NCBI GenBank assembly: GCA_029547265.1 | Contig: JAKPPP010000426.1 | Span: 9,206-73,205, forward strand | Direction: 5' to 3' | Length of the DNA: 64,000 nt | Origin: Bacteroidota bacterium | GTDB lineage: Bacteria; Bacteroidota; Bacteroidia; AKYH767-A; OLB10 | In this document: positions 29,153 to 39,582 of the stretch, in pieces | Layout: every line of letters starts with the position of its first letter | Position numbering within the stretch: the stretch's first letter is position 1 | Made by a program: the position numbers and the translations under genes | Notes under the pieces: model-generated | Databases searched by the model: none | Seen by the model: the letters and a program-made list of their open reading frames with translations, nothing else | What the model was told of the DNA's origin: nothing

Positions 29153-30622
29153 ATGAAAAAGAACATGCCTAAATTTATTGGCGAAGGCCTGACGTACGAT
29201 GACGTATTATTGGTTCCCGCCTACTCTGAAGTCATGCCCAGAGACACGGATACAACGAGCCTTTTCACTCGTAAAATCCCCATTAACATTCCAATTCTTT
29301 CAGCTGCAATGGACACCGTCACGGGTTCCGCCATGGCTATTGCTATGGCCCAAGAAGGCGGAATCGGAGTTCTACATAAGAACATGTCGATCGAGCAACA
29401 AGCAGCAGAAGTACGAAAAGTGAAGCGAAGTGAAAGCGGAATGATTCAAGATCCGGTAACTCTTCATGAAGACGCTACAATTGGTGATGCACTTAAGATA
29501 ATGAAGGAAAACAGAATTGGAGGTATTCCTATCGTTAATGCAAAGAACATATTGATGGGTATTTTAACCAACCGCGACCTTCGCTTCGAAAAAGATGCCA
29601 GAAAAAAAGTGAGTCAAGTTATGACTCGCGACGGACTAATAGTAGCAAAAGGGGTTACGTCGCTTCAGAAAGCTGAACTAATCTTACAACAGCACAAAAT
29701 CGAAAAACTACCCGTAGTTGATAAAGTAGGGAAATTAGTCGGTTTAATAACCTACAAAGACATTATTAAATTTAAGTCACGTCCTAATTCCTGTAAAGAC
29801 GAATTCGGACGTTTACGTGTAGCAGCGGCTGTAGGTGTTACTGCAGATACTTTGGATCGCGTAAAAGCACTGAAAGATGCCGGTGTTGATGCCATTGTAA
29901 TTGATACAGCCCATGGACATTCAAAGGGAGTTTTAGAGACTTTAAAAAGAGTAAAAAAGGCCTATCCCGCTCTACAATGTGTAGTTGGTAATATTGCCAC
30001 AGGAGCAGCAGCAATAGCGTTGGTTAAAGCCGGTGCGGATGCAGTAAAAGTGGGAATTGGGCCAGGTTCAATTTGTACAACCAGAGTGATTGCCGGTGTT
30101 GGAGTACCACAACTTTGGGCTGTTTTAGAAGTATCGAATGCCATAAAAGGAACCGGAGTTCCGGTAATTGCAGATGGTGGAATTCGCTTTACGGGTGATG
30201 TTCCAAAGGCATTAGCAGCAGGAGCCTCTACTGTTATGGTAGGATCAATTTTGGCAGGAACAGAAGAATCACCGGGAGAAACAATGATTTATGAAGGTCG
30301 GAAGTTTAAAGTTTATCGAGGAATGGGTTCTATTGAAGCCATGAAAGAAGGATCGAAAGACCGTTATTTCCAAGATGCTGAAGACGATATTAAAAAACTA
30401 GTTCCGGAAGGAATTGTGGGTCGAGTACCTTACAAAGGGACTGTCGCAGAAGAAATATATCAATTAGTTGGTGGATTAAAAGCATCTATGGGATACTGTG
30501 GAGCAAAAAAAGTAAAAGAACTTCAACAAGCCCAATTTATAAGAATTACCTCTAGCGGAATCAAAGAAAGCCATCCTCACGATGTTTCTATCATTCGCGA
30601 AGCACCGAACTACAGTCGATAA
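29153..30622 (+). CDS. guaB: IMP dehydrogenase
   Basis: [13 protein letters not shown], a CBS pair, catalytic [11 protein letters not shown] and GGIRFTGD. I prefer the ATG at 29153 over the TTG at 29123. Confidence 0.95.
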   Translation: MKKNMPKFIGEGLTYDDVLLVPAYSEVMPRDTDTTSLFTRKIPINIPILSAAMDTVTGSAMAIAMAQEGGIGVLHKNMSIEQQAAEVRKVKRSESGMIQDPVTLHEDATIGDALKIMKENRIGGIPIVNAKNILMGILTNRDLRFEKDARKKVSQVMTRDGLIVAKGVTSLQKAELILQQHKIEKLPVVDKVGKLVGLITYKDIIKFKSRPNSCKDEFGRLRVAAAVGVTADTLDRVKALKDAGVDAIVIDTAHGHSKGVLETLKRVKKAYPALQCVVGNIATGAAAIALVKAGADAVKVGIGPGSICTTRVIAGVGVPQLWAVLEVSNAIKGTGVPVIADGGIRFTGDVPKALAAGASTVMVGSILAGTEESPGETMIYEGRKFKVYRGMGSIEAMKEGSKDRYFQDAEDDIKKLVPEGIVGRVPYKGTVAEEIYQLVGGLKASMGYCGAKKVKELQQAQFIRITSSGIKESHPHDVSIIREAPNYSR

Positions 30623-30780
30623 TTTTAATAAAATATTAATAGTAAAAAAAGCACATCATTTTGTCGGAAATTGACTAAATCTAATAGTTGTTTCCGGCAA
30701 TTTTAACTAATGTTTAACAGTCCTTACTCCCATTCACCATTTTTTCATCAAAATGCGAGGGAATGAGGGACATACTTTAT

Positions 30781-30788
30781 TACATTTG
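30781..30788 (+). promoter_or_regulatory. -7 box TAcaTTTG upstream of the PPIase operon
   Basis: Exact TAnnTTTG, 34 nt before the ATG at 30815. No clear -33 element. Confidence 0.3.
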
Positions 30789-30814
30789 CGATCTTGCAAA
30801 AACAGCATAACACT

Positions 30815-32854
30815 ATGAAAAAAGCCATAATTCTTCCTTTACTGGCTAGTATTATTATCTCAGTTAATAACCCGGTAGAAGGTCAAACCAAGCCAAAAGC
30901 TCCTGTTAAACCGGCAAAACCTGCAGTTGCAGCAGTATCTACTCCTGCACCGATAACCGATCCTATTTTGATGACTATTGGCGGTGAGTCAATACCAAAG
31001 TCGGAATTTGAGCGTGTTTATCGCAAGAACAACAAAGACAGCGTATACACTGAATCTGCGATTCGTGAGTACCTTGACTTGTATGTTAACTACAAATTGA
31101 AAGTGAAAGAAGCTGAAGCCATGAAATTGGATACCAGCGAATCATTTCAAACAGAGTTAGCAGGATATAGGAAGCAGCTTGCGCAACCTTATTTAACTGA
31201 TAAAAATGTTAGTGAGAAATTAGTTCGCGAAGCATATGATCGTCTTAACAAAGATGTACGAGCAAGTCATATACTTATTAAATTAAATCCTGATGCTCTA
31301 CCTAAGGATACAATTGCGGTGTATAATCGTATGTTAAAAATCAGAGAGCAAATCCTTAAAGGAACTGATTTCGCAAAAGTTGCTCGCGATTCAAGTGAAG
31401 ATCCTTCAGCTAAAGATAATGGTGGCGATTTAGGCTATTTTACAGGAATGCAAATGGTTTACCCATTTGAAACAGTTGCATATACAACAAAACCGGGACA
31501 GATTTCCATGCCAGTTCGTACTCGCTTCGGATTCCACATTATCAAAACTATTGATATTCGTCCGGCGCAAGGAGAAGTTCATGCAGCACACATTATGGTT
31601 CGTTTACCAAAAGATGGGAACGATAGCGTAATTGCAGATGCAGAAGGCAAAATCAAAAAAGCTTTAGCAGAATTAAAAGCAGGACAACCTTGGGATTCAG
31701 TTGTAACAAAATACAGCGAAGACAAAGGATCTGCTAAGAAAGGCGGAGAATTGCCTTGGTTCGGAACTGGCAGAATGGTCCCTGAATTTGAAAAAGCAGC
31801 ATTTGCGCTAAAAGCTGATGGAGAATATTCTGATATCATAAAAACGTCATATGGATGGCATATCATAAAACGTCTTGAAAAACGTGGAGTAGCATCATTC
31901 GATGAGAAGAAAGGTGAACTTCGCCAAATGATTTCACGGGATAGTCGCAATGAGTCGAGTAGAACATCAATGGTTAACAAAATTAAAGCTGAATACAAAT
32001 TCAAAGAGCTTCCAAAAGCTAAAGATGAGCTAATTGCGATTCTTGATACCACACTTTCAAACGGTGATTGGGATTTAACAAAAGCAGATAAGTTTAGCAA
32101 GAATTTATTCTCGTTAACGGATTCAAAAGGTGTTGTAACTAATTATACTCAACAAAACTTTGCAACTTACATCTCAACACATCAAACAAAACGTGCGGGA
32201 AGTAATCCTCAAGTTATCGGATACAGCATGTACGATCAATGGAATCAAGATGAGTGTTTAGCATATGAAGAAGCACGTTTAGACGGAAAATATATTGATT
32301 TCAAAAACTTGATGAAAGAATACCGCGATGGAATTTTATTATTCGACCTTACAGATAAAATGGTATGGAGTAAAGCGGTAAAAGATACTGACGGATTACA
32401 GACGTACTACGACAACAATAAGAACAATTACTTATGGGGAGAAAGGTGTGAGGCAACTACCTACTCTTTCCCTAACGATGAGGTGGCAAATAATTTCCGA
32501 AAACAATTGAAGAAAGGAAAGAAAAGTGTTGATGAAATCATGACCGAAATTAATAAAACCAACACTAATGGAGTTACAAAACGTGATGGCAAATACGCTC
32601 ATGGAGAGAATGAAGTAATTGAAAAAACCGGATGGAAAACCGGATTAAGTGAAAACATTAAATTCTTGAGTCAAACCTACATCGTAGATATGTACAAGAT
32701 TCTTCCTGTTACACCTAAATCATTAGAAGAAACTAAAGGTGCAATTACTGCCGATTTCCAAACGTATCTTGAAAAAGAATGGATCAGCAGCCTACGCAAT
32801 AAATATCCTGTACAGATCAATAACGACATCCTTCAGTCGATCTGGAAGAAATAA
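30815..32854 (+). CDS. Periplasmic peptidylprolyl isomerase with two parvulin (PpiC-type) domains
   Basis: Signal peptide MKKAIILPLLASIIISV. Two rotamase units: ASHILIK...GGDLGYF...FGFHIIK and AAHIMVR...GGELPWF...YGWHIIK. The ATG at 30815 is preferred over the TTG at 30794. Confidence 0.8.
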   Translation: MKKAIILPLLASIIISVNNPVEGQTKPKAPVKPAKPAVAAVSTPAPITDPILMTIGGESIPKSEFERVYRKNNKDSVYTESAIREYLDLYVNYKLKVKEAEAMKLDTSESFQTELAGYRKQLAQPYLTDKNVSEKLVREAYDRLNKDVRASHILIKLNPDALPKDTIAVYNRMLKIREQILKGTDFAKVARDSSEDPSAKDNGGDLGYFTGMQMVYPFETVAYTTKPGQISMPVRTRFGFHIIKTIDIRPAQGEVHAAHIMVRLPKDGNDSVIADAEGKIKKALAELKAGQPWDSVVTKYSEDKGSAKKGGELPWFGTGRMVPEFEKAAFALKADGEYSDIIKTSYGWHIIKRLEKRGVASFDEKKGELRQMISRDSRNESSRTSMVNKIKAEYKFKELPKAKDELIAILDTTLSNGDWDLTKADKFSKNLFSLTDSKGVVTNYTQQNFATYISTHQTKRAGSNPQVIGYSMYDQWNQDECLAYEEARLDGKYIDFKNLMKEYRDGILLFDLTDKMVWSKAVKDTDGLQTYYDNNKNNYLWGERCEATTYSFPNDEVANNFRKQLKKGKKSVDEIMTEINKTNTNGVTKRDGKYAHGENEVIEKTGWKTGLSENIKFLSQTYIVDMYKILPVTPKSLEETKGAITADFQTYLEKEWISSLRNKYPVQINNDILQSIWKK

Positions 32855-33762
32855 TGATTAAAAAAAAATATCAAAAACAGGCAGATTGTTTGATATCCCC
32901 GATATTCGCGGGTATCGCAGTTTGCCTGTTTTTATTTTCTTCGTGCAATAAATTCAAGAGTAACGAACCTGTAGCGTCCGACAAAGTAATCGCGAGAGCT
33001 TTCGATAAGTATCTTAAACTCGAAGACATCAGGAATATTGTTCCGAAAGGAACATCGAAAAACGATAGTATTACCATCATTCGAAATTTTGTTGAAAATT
33101 GGGTACAACAACAAGTGGTACTTAAGAAGGCCAACGACAACCTCGATGATGAAAAGAAAAATGTAGAGCAAAAACTCGAAGAATACAGGAACTCTTTAAT
33201 TACGTATATTTACGAAAGAGAACTGATCCGTCAAAAGCTCGATACTTCAATATCTGAAAGTGATATTGAAAAGTATTACAATGAAAATCCGAATAATTTT
33301 CAATTAAAAGACAATATCATCAAAGTAATCTACTTTAAGATTCCAAAGAATGCTCCGAAAATCGATAAAGTAAAAAGCTGGTATCGCTCTGAAAATCCTA
33401 AGGAACGCAAACAACTAGAAGAGTACTGTTATCAGTTTGCCTCCGACTATTATTTCAATGAAGAAGAATGGTTGTTATTTGATGATCTTTTGAAGAAAGT
33501 CCCTATTGAGACTTACGACAAAGAGCAGTTCTTAAAGAACAATCGGTACATTGAAATTCCCGACTCGAACGCTGTTTATTTTGTAAATATCAAAGGATTT
33601 AAAATAAAAGAAAGTCAATCTCCGTTAAGTTTCGAGAAAGAAAATATCCGTAATCTTATTATTAACAAACGTAAGTTGGATTTAATTAATGAAATGCAAA
33701 AAGCAGCTTACGAAAATGCACTTAAAGACAATGAAGTGGAGATCTGGCTCCCCAAAAAATAA
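32854..33762 (+). CDS. Lipoprotein with SurA-N/PpiD-like chaperone character and no parvulin domain evident
   Basis: The start overlaps the previous stop by 1 nt (TAATG). Lipobox LFSSC. Helical, Lys/Glu-rich, and sits between two PPIase genes. The family call is weak. Confidence 0.45.
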   Translation: MIKKKYQKQADCLISPIFAGIAVCLFLFSSCNKFKSNEPVASDKVIARAFDKYLKLEDIRNIVPKGTSKNDSITIIRNFVENWVQQQVVLKKANDNLDDEKKNVEQKLEEYRNSLITYIYERELIRQKLDTSISESDIEKYYNENPNNFQLKDNIIKVIYFKIPKNAPKIDKVKSWYRSENPKERKQLEEYCYQFASDYYFNEEEWLLFDDLLKKVPIETYDKEQFLKNNRYIEIPDSNAVYFVNIKGFKIKESQSPLSFEKENIRNLIINKRKLDLINEMQKAAYENALKDNEVEIWLPKK

Positions 33763-35104
33763 AATTCTGGTAATTCTTATTTTAATTACCTCAATTGTTA
33801 AAGCACAACCATCAGCAAATATTGTTGATCAAGTTGCTGCAGTGGTGGGAAATAATATCATTCTGAAATCAGAAATCGAATCGCAATACCAACAGTTCCT
33901 TCAACAAGGAAACTACAGTAATGTCGATTTAAAATGCAAAATCCTTGATCAAATGTTGCTGAATAAGCTTTTGGTACATCAAGCGAATGTCGACAGCGTA
34001 ACAGTTGACGAATCGCAAGTTATGCAGAAGATAGAAAGCAATATGGCTTACTTCATTCAGCAAATAGGATCGGCAGAAAAACTCGAACAATTTTATGGTA
34101 AATCAATTCCTGAGCTAAAGGAAGAGTTTAAACCTATAGTACGAGATCAGTTATTAGCTCAACAAATGCAAAGTAAGGTTACAAAGCCGGTATCGGCCTC
34201 CCCTGCCGATGTAAAAGCCTTCTTCAATGATATTCCGAAAGACAGTTTACCTTTGATCAACGCTGAAGTAGAATACGCTCAAATCGTGCATAATATTCCT
34301 ATAAGCGATGAGCAAAAAAATGCAGCAAAAGAACAGCTGAAAGATATTCGTGATCGTATTTTAAAAGGAGAAGAATTCAGCACCCTAGCAATTCTCTATT
34401 CTCAAGATATTGAAAGTGCAAAGCAAGGCGGTGAATTAGGATTCGTTAATCGTGGAGATTTGGTTCCTGAATTCGAAGCAGCAGCTTTCAGAATGAAAAA
34501 CACAACTGATATCTCTGATATCATCGAAACACAATTCGGTTATCATATTCTTCAATTAATTGAAAGAAGAGGAGAAAAAATCAACTGCCGCCATATCCTT
34601 ATCAAGCCAAAAACTACTCCTGAAGATTTAGTAGCTGCTCAACAACTTACCGATTCAGTAGCCAACTCAATCAGAATGGGAAAAACTACATTTTCTGCTG
34701 CAGCAGAGAAATTCTCTGACGATAAAGACTCAAAACTTAGTGGCGGAAATGTTGTTAATACGAATAACGGAGCTATTCGATTTGAAGCCGATCAAGTAGA
34801 TCCTACAGTCTTATTCCAACTCGATAAACTTAGTCCGGGTGAAATATCATCAGCAATGCTTACCACTACGCGTGACGGGAAACAAGCATTTCGTATTTTG
34901 ATGCTGAAGACACGAGTTGAACCGCATCAAATGAATATGACCGACGATTATCAGAAGCTACAAGAACTTGCGCTGAATGATAAACAAAACAAAGTGCTAG
35001 AAGCGTGGCGGAACAAAAAGAAAGCAGTTACGTATATAAAAATCGCTGATGAATATGCCGGTTGTACCGGATTAACCGATTGGAATTCGAATCCGGCAAA
35101 ATAA
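33731..35104 (+). CDS. surA: SurA-like periplasmic chaperone/peptidylprolyl isomerase
   Basis: Signal peptide KILVILILITSIVKAQ, SurA-N-like domain (VAAVVGNNIILKSEIE), and a parvulin unit GGELGFV...FGYHILQLIERR followed by a degenerate second unit. I prefer the start at 33731 over 33689. Confidence 0.7.
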   Translation: MKWRSGSPKNKILVILILITSIVKAQPSANIVDQVAAVVGNNIILKSEIESQYQQFLQQGNYSNVDLKCKILDQMLLNKLLVHQANVDSVTVDESQVMQKIESNMAYFIQQIGSAEKLEQFYGKSIPELKEEFKPIVRDQLLAQQMQSKVTKPVSASPADVKAFFNDIPKDSLPLINAEVEYAQIVHNIPISDEQKNAAKEQLKDIRDRILKGEEFSTLAILYSQDIESAKQGGELGFVNRGDLVPEFEAAAFRMKNTTDISDIIETQFGYHILQLIERRGEKINCRHILIKPKTTPEDLVAAQQLTDSVANSIRMGKTTFSAAAEKFSDDKDSKLSGGNVVNTNNGAIRFEADQVDPTVLFQLDKLSPGEISSAMLTTTRDGKQAFRILMLKTRVEPHQMNMTDDYQKLQELALNDKQNKVLEAWRNKKKAVTYIKIADEYAGCTGLTDWNSNPAK

Positions 35105-35124
35105 TTTACGATTAAACCTACCCT

Positions 35125-36096
35125 ATGAACAATACATTTTCTTCTGATGTTGAAGCAGTTGATGCTCTCAGAGAAGCTTATAAAGAACTCCGCTCCGAAA
35201 TCGGTAAGGTAATTATTGGCCAAGATCAGGTAGTGAAAGACTCCCTGATATCTATCTTCAGCAACGGACACTGTTTGTTGGTTGGAGTACCGGGACTTGC
35301 TAAAACATTACTAGTGAACACAATAGCCAGAGTTTTAGGCTTAAGTTATAACCGTATTCAGTTTACGCCGGATTTAATGCCGAGTGATATCATCGGAACA
35401 GAAATTCTCGATGAAAGCCGACATTTTAAATTCGTTAAAGGGCCGTTATTCTCGAATATCATCTTAGCCGATGAGATTAACCGTACCCCTCCTAAAACGC
35501 AAGCAGCTTTGCTTGAGGCGATGCAGGAAAGAGCGGTGACAGCCGCGGGACACCGTTATGAATTGCCGGGACCATTTTTCGTATTAGCTACGCAAAACCC
35601 GATAGAGCAAGAAGGAACTTATCCCCTACCTGAAGCTCAACTCGATCGTTTCATGTTTAACGTGACACTCGACTACCCTTCTTTCGAAGAAGAAATGATG
35701 GTCGTAAAGAACACAACAGGAAACTATAATCCGGAATTAAAAAAGGTACTTACCGGAGAGCAAATTTTGTTTTTCCAACAGTTAATTCGTCGTATTCCTG
35801 TGCCTGACAATGTGCTCGAATATGCAGTTCGATTAACCTCAAAAACTCGTCCGAATACACCTGCAGCACCACAAATCACAAATGATTATTTAAGTTGGGG
35901 AGCAGGTCCTCGTGCCTCACAGTTTTTAGTAGTTGGTGCTAAGTGCCATGCAGTGTTAAATGGCAAGTATTCACCTGATATTGAAGATGTTAAAGCTATC
36001 GCACCGGCAATTCTACGTCATCGTGTAGTTAAAAACTTCAAAGCGGAAGCTGAAGGAATCTCTGTTGAAGACATCATTGCCAAACTATTGAACTAA
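35125..36096 (+). CDS. MoxR-family AAA+ ATPase
   Basis: GHCLLVGVPGLAKT Walker A, ILADEINR Walker B, ATQNPIEQEGTYPLPEAQLDRF (AAA_3 pattern). Confidence 0.85.
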   Translation: MNNTFSSDVEAVDALREAYKELRSEIGKVIIGQDQVVKDSLISIFSNGHCLLVGVPGLAKTLLVNTIARVLGLSYNRIQFTPDLMPSDIIGTEILDESRHFKFVKGPLFSNIILADEINRTPPKTQAALLEAMQERAVTAAGHRYELPGPFFVLATQNPIEQEGTYPLPEAQLDRFMFNVTLDYPSFEEEMMVVKNTTGNYNPELKKVLTGEQILFFQQLIRRIPVPDNVLEYAVRLTSKTRPNTPAAPQITNDYLSWGAGPRASQFLVVGAKCHAVLNGKYSPDIEDVKAIAPAILRHRVVKNFKAEAEGISVEDIIAKLLN

Positions 36097-36117
36097 GAAA
36101 ATTAAATTATAGTTAAA

Positions 36118-36141
36118 GGAGCCTCAAAAAGGCTCCTTTTT
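36118..36141 (+). terminator. Rho-independent terminator after moxR
   Basis: GGAGCC / GGCTCC stem, 7-nt loop, then TTTTT. Confidence 0.7.
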
Positions 36142-36185
36142 GCGTTATTATCTCTTTGCAAACGCCTTTCTAATCATAAATGAAA

Positions 36186-36193
36186 TAACTTTG
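36186..36193 (+). promoter_or_regulatory. -7 box TAacTTTG upstream of trxB
   Basis: Exact TAnnTTTG, 31 nt before the ATG at 36217. The -33 spacing is non-ideal. Confidence 0.35.
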
Positions 36194-36216
36194 CAGTCTT
36201 AAATTTCGAAACGATT

Positions 36217-37161
36217 ATGTCTCAAACTACCGAACGCGTAAAATTGCTGATCATCGGATCAGGCCCCGCTGGATATACCGCTGCAATCTATGCAGCACGT
36301 GCTGACCTTAAACCTGTATTGTATCAAGGATTACAACCGGGCGGACAACTTACAATAACCACAGAAGTAGAAAACTATCCCGGATATCCTGAAGGAATTC
36401 AAGGTCCGGAGATGATGATGGACTTCGAAAAACAAGCGAAGCGATTCGGAACAGATATTCGTTTTGGATATGCAACCTCTGTTGACTTCTCATCAGCAGT
36501 AAAAAAAGTTGTAATCGACGAAAAACATACTATTGAAGCTGATGCAGTAATCATAGCTACGGGAGCAAGTGCGAAGTGGCTAGGATTAGACTCTGAAAAA
36601 CGACTAAACGGATTCGGAGTAAGTGCATGTGCAGTATGCGATGGATTCTTTTTCCGTGGACAAGAAGTTGCGATTGTTGGTGCAGGAGATACGGCAGCAG
36701 AAGAAGCATCTTACTTAGCGAAGCTTTGTAAAAAAGTAACAATGTTGGTACGCAAGAGTGAAATGCGTGCATCAAAAGCAATGCAACATCGTGTATTAAA
36801 CACTCCAAATATCGAAGTGTTATTCAACCACGAAACAGTAGAAGTAATCGGAGAGAAAACTGTTGATGCAATCAAAGTTAGAAATACAGTTACCGGTGAA
36901 GAAAATACTATTCCTGTAACAGGATTCTTTGTAGCTATCGGACACGAACCGAACACGCAAATATTCAAAGGTCAATTGAACCTCGACGAATCAGGATATA
37001 TCATTACCAAAGCAGGAAGTACTTATACAAGTGCACCGGGAGTATTTGCGGCAGGCGACGTTCAAGATCATATCTATCGTCAAGCAGTAACAGCTGCTGG
37101 ATCGGGATGTATGGCTGCGCTAGATGCAGAACGTTGGTTAGCATCTCAAGGTATTCACTAA
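36217..37161 (+). CDS. trxB: Thioredoxin-disulfide reductase
   Basis: IIGSGPAGYTAA FAD motif, redox-active CAVCDG, GAGDTAAEEA NADPH motif. Confidence 0.95.
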   Translation: MSQTTERVKLLIIGSGPAGYTAAIYAARADLKPVLYQGLQPGGQLTITTEVENYPGYPEGIQGPEMMMDFEKQAKRFGTDIRFGYATSVDFSSAVKKVVIDEKHTIEADAVIIATGASAKWLGLDSEKRLNGFGVSACAVCDGFFFRGQEVAIVGAGDTAAEEASYLAKLCKKVTMLVRKSEMRASKAMQHRVLNTPNIEVLFNHETVEVIGEKTVDAIKVRNTVTGEENTIPVTGFFVAIGHEPNTQIFKGQLNLDESGYIITKAGSTYTSAPGVFAAGDVQDHIYRQAVTAAGSGCMAALDAERWLASQGIH

Positions 37162-37169
37162 GAGCGAAA

Positions 37170-37709
37170 ATGAGAATATTTTGTCTGTTAGTAACCTTGA
37201 TTTTAGCAGCCTCACTTCAAAGTAAGGCTCAAAGTCCTGTTGACTCAACAGCAAGAATTCACTCAGTAAAAAAAGCTACTTGGCTCTCAACGGCATTGCC
37301 CGGAGCGGGACAAGTTTATAATCACAAAGTTTGGAAAGTGCCAATTGTATATGGAGGATTAGCAGTGATGGGATATTTCATCAAGACTAATGGTGACAAA
37401 TACAAAAAATACAATGATGCGCTAATCAAACGCTACGACACTGATCCCAATAACGAAGAACTCACGAATATCACTAGCGAAAACTTGCGATTGCTGAGTG
37501 ATAATTACCATCGAAATAGAGATTTATCGATTGCCGGAGCTGTATTTGTTTACTTGTTAAACATCATTGATGCACATGTTGATGCACATCTATACACTTT
37601 CAATGTCGACGATAATTTATCGATGAAAATTACTCCATCTATAGAGAGTAATCCATATAGCTCAATAGCTTTTCAACCTGGAGTACGATTAGCAGTATCC
37701 TTTAAATAA
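37170..37709 (+). CDS. DUF5683-like membrane/lipid-associated protein
   Basis: Signal peptide MRIFCLLVTLILAASLQSKAQ, and the ALPGAGQVYNHKVWKVPIVYGGL motif that I associate with DUF5683. The ATG at 37170 is preferred over the track start at 37107, which overlaps trxB. Confidence 0.55.
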   Translation: MRIFCLLVTLILAASLQSKAQSPVDSTARIHSVKKATWLSTALPGAGQVYNHKVWKVPIVYGGLAVMGYFIKTNGDKYKKYNDALIKRYDTDPNNEELTNITSENLRLLSDNYHRNRDLSIAGAVFVYLLNIIDAHVDAHLYTFNVDDNLSMKITPSIESNPYSSIAFQPGVRLAVSFK

Positions 37710-37716
37710 CATCCGC

Positions 37717-38451
37717 ATGAAGATCGCAATAATCGGCACAGGCAAAATGGGACAAGCTATTGAAAAAATGGCGTTGACTCAAGGGCATGAAATTGTGCTT
37801 CGCATCAATGAAGAAAATCGCGAATCATTAACAAACGGAGATTTAAAAAAAGCCGATGTGGCTATTGAGTTTACACAACCTGCTGCGGCTGTCGAAAATT
37901 TATATCATTGCTTAGAAGCAGGAATTCCTGTGGTTTGCGGAACAACAGGTTGGCATAACAGAATTGAAGAAGTAAGCAATAAGTTCAAAGAAAAAAATGG
38001 CACACTCCTCCACGCGAGCAATTTCAGCGTAGGCGTGAATATCATGTTTGAACTTAACAAAGTGCTCTCTAGATGGATGCAACAACATACCGATTATCAC
38101 GTTTCAATAAGCGAAATACATCATACGCATAAACTTGATAAACCCAGTGGGACAGCGGTAACGTTGGCACAGGGAATCAACAGTGCAAATAAAGGCACCG
38201 AGGGATGGCACCTCAGTGAAGAAACCGATAAAAAACCAAATTCAATTGCCATAGAAGCGTTGCGAGAAGAAGGAGTTGTTGGCGATCATACGGTAGAATG
38301 GAAATCGTCCATCGATCGCATCACCATTCGTCATGAAGCATTTAGCAGAGACGGATTCGCTTCGGGAGCACTCTTAGCTGCCGGATGGATTAAAGATCGC
38401 AAAGGTGTATTTACCATGAACGATATACTGTTTCCTGAAAGCAGACGCTGA
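37717..38451 (+). CDS. dapB: 4-hydroxy-tetrahydrodipicolinate reductase
   Basis: MKIAIIGTGKMG Rossmann N-terminus, EIHHTHKLDKPSGTA active-site motif. Confidence 0.9.
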   Translation: MKIAIIGTGKMGQAIEKMALTQGHEIVLRINEENRESLTNGDLKKADVAIEFTQPAAAVENLYHCLEAGIPVVCGTTGWHNRIEEVSNKFKEKNGTLLHASNFSVGVNIMFELNKVLSRWMQQHTDYHVSISEIHHTHKLDKPSGTAVTLAQGINSANKGTEGWHLSEETDKKPNSIAIEALREEGVVGDHTVEWKSSIDRITIRHEAFSRDGFASGALLAAGWIKDRKGVFTMNDILFPESRR

Positions 38452-38483
38452 TTATTTATATATTCGAAGCCCAAACACATAAT

Positions 38484-39575
38484 ATGAACTGGAAATTCTG
38501 GCAAAGCAGCGGTAGAAAAAGCAAAACCCGCGAATGGTTCGACGCTATTTTATTCGCCGTAGTAGCTGCCACCATCATAAGAACATTCTTCTTTGAAGCT
38601 TTTACCATCCCTACTCCATCAATGGAAAGGACCTTAATGGTTGGAGATTTCTTATTCGTAAGCAAAATGCATTACGGAGCCAGAACGCCAATGACACCAT
38701 TGTCATTTCCGTTTGTTCATCAAGAATTACCTCTTATTGGAGGGAAATCATATTCAGAAGCATGGAAACTTCCATACTTCCGTTTCCCGGGATTTTCAGA
38801 TGTTAAGCGAAACGATATTGTGGTCTTTAACTACCCCATGGAAGATGATCGGCCGATCGACAAACAGACCCACTACATCAAAAGATGTGTAGGGTTGCCG
38901 GGAGATACGATAAAAATTATCGACCGAACAGTTTATCTGAATAGTCAGATGAACTTAAAACCTAAGGGCAGTCAGTATGCCTACGGTGTTAAAACTCAAG
39001 GCTACGGAGTTAGAGCAGAGACATGGAAAGACATGGGAGTAAATGATATTCAACAAATCGGAATGGATGAATACCAGGCTATGTTAACCCAAGAAAACGT
39101 TAAAGAAATTACAAAAATTCAAGGAGTAGCGGGAGTAACGCCTTTCATTCAACAAAAAGGGCTTTATGAAAACTATATCTTCCCTTTTAATCCTCATTTA
39201 CCTTGGAACCTCGATAACTTCGGTCCACTTTATATTCCAAAAGCAGGTGCTACGATTCAATTAACTCCTGACAATATGAGTATCTATCGTCGTGCAATTT
39301 CTGTTTATGAGAAGAACGATTTACAAGAACGCGATGGCAAAATATTCATCAATGGTAAAGAAACCACTACCTATACTTTCAAAATGAACTACTACTTTAT
39401 GATGGGAGATAACCGTCATAATTCAGCCGATTCTCGTTTCTGGGGATTCGTGCCTGAAGATCATATTGTAGGAAAGGCGGTATTTATCTGGATGAGTTGG
39501 GATACTAATGGTACCTTCTTATCGAAAATCAGATGGAGTCGTTTGTTTAATATCATCCACTGGAATAACAACTAG
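38484..39575 (+). CDS. lepB: Signal peptidase I (S26)
   Basis: IPTPSMERTL (catalytic Ser), YIKRCVGLPGD (Lys box), GDNRHNSADSRFWGFV. Confidence 0.9.
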   Translation: MNWKFWQSSGRKSKTREWFDAILFAVVAATIIRTFFFEAFTIPTPSMERTLMVGDFLFVSKMHYGARTPMTPLSFPFVHQELPLIGGKSYSEAWKLPYFRFPGFSDVKRNDIVVFNYPMEDDRPIDKQTHYIKRCVGLPGDTIKIIDRTVYLNSQMNLKPKGSQYAYGVKTQGYGVRAETWKDMGVNDIQQIGMDEYQAMLTQENVKEITKIQGVAGVTPFIQQKGLYENYIFPFNPHLPWNLDNFGPLYIPKAGATIQLTPDNMSIYRRAISVYEKNDLQERDGKIFINGKETTTYTFKMNYYFMMGDNRHNSADSRFWGFVPEDHIVGKAVFIWMSWDTNGTFLSKIRWSRLFNIIHWNNN

Positions 39576-39582
39576 TTAAACC

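Noticed and set aside
30662-30699. Hairpin TGTCGGAAA-N20-TTTCCGGCA after guaB as a terminator
   Set aside because: The loop is 20 nt, the stem includes a G.U pair, and the trailing T run is only 4 nt (AATTTT). That is too weak to call.
31579-32100. A 173-aa minus-strand ORF inside the two-parvulin PPIase gene
   Set aside because: It is antisense to a CDS with clear parvulin motifs and has low-complexity, Ser/Phe-rich composition, so it is a shadow ORF. The same reasoning applies to 16788-17153, 46686-47036, 58816-59178, 8712-9026, 35271-34951 and the other short antisense ORFs in the track.
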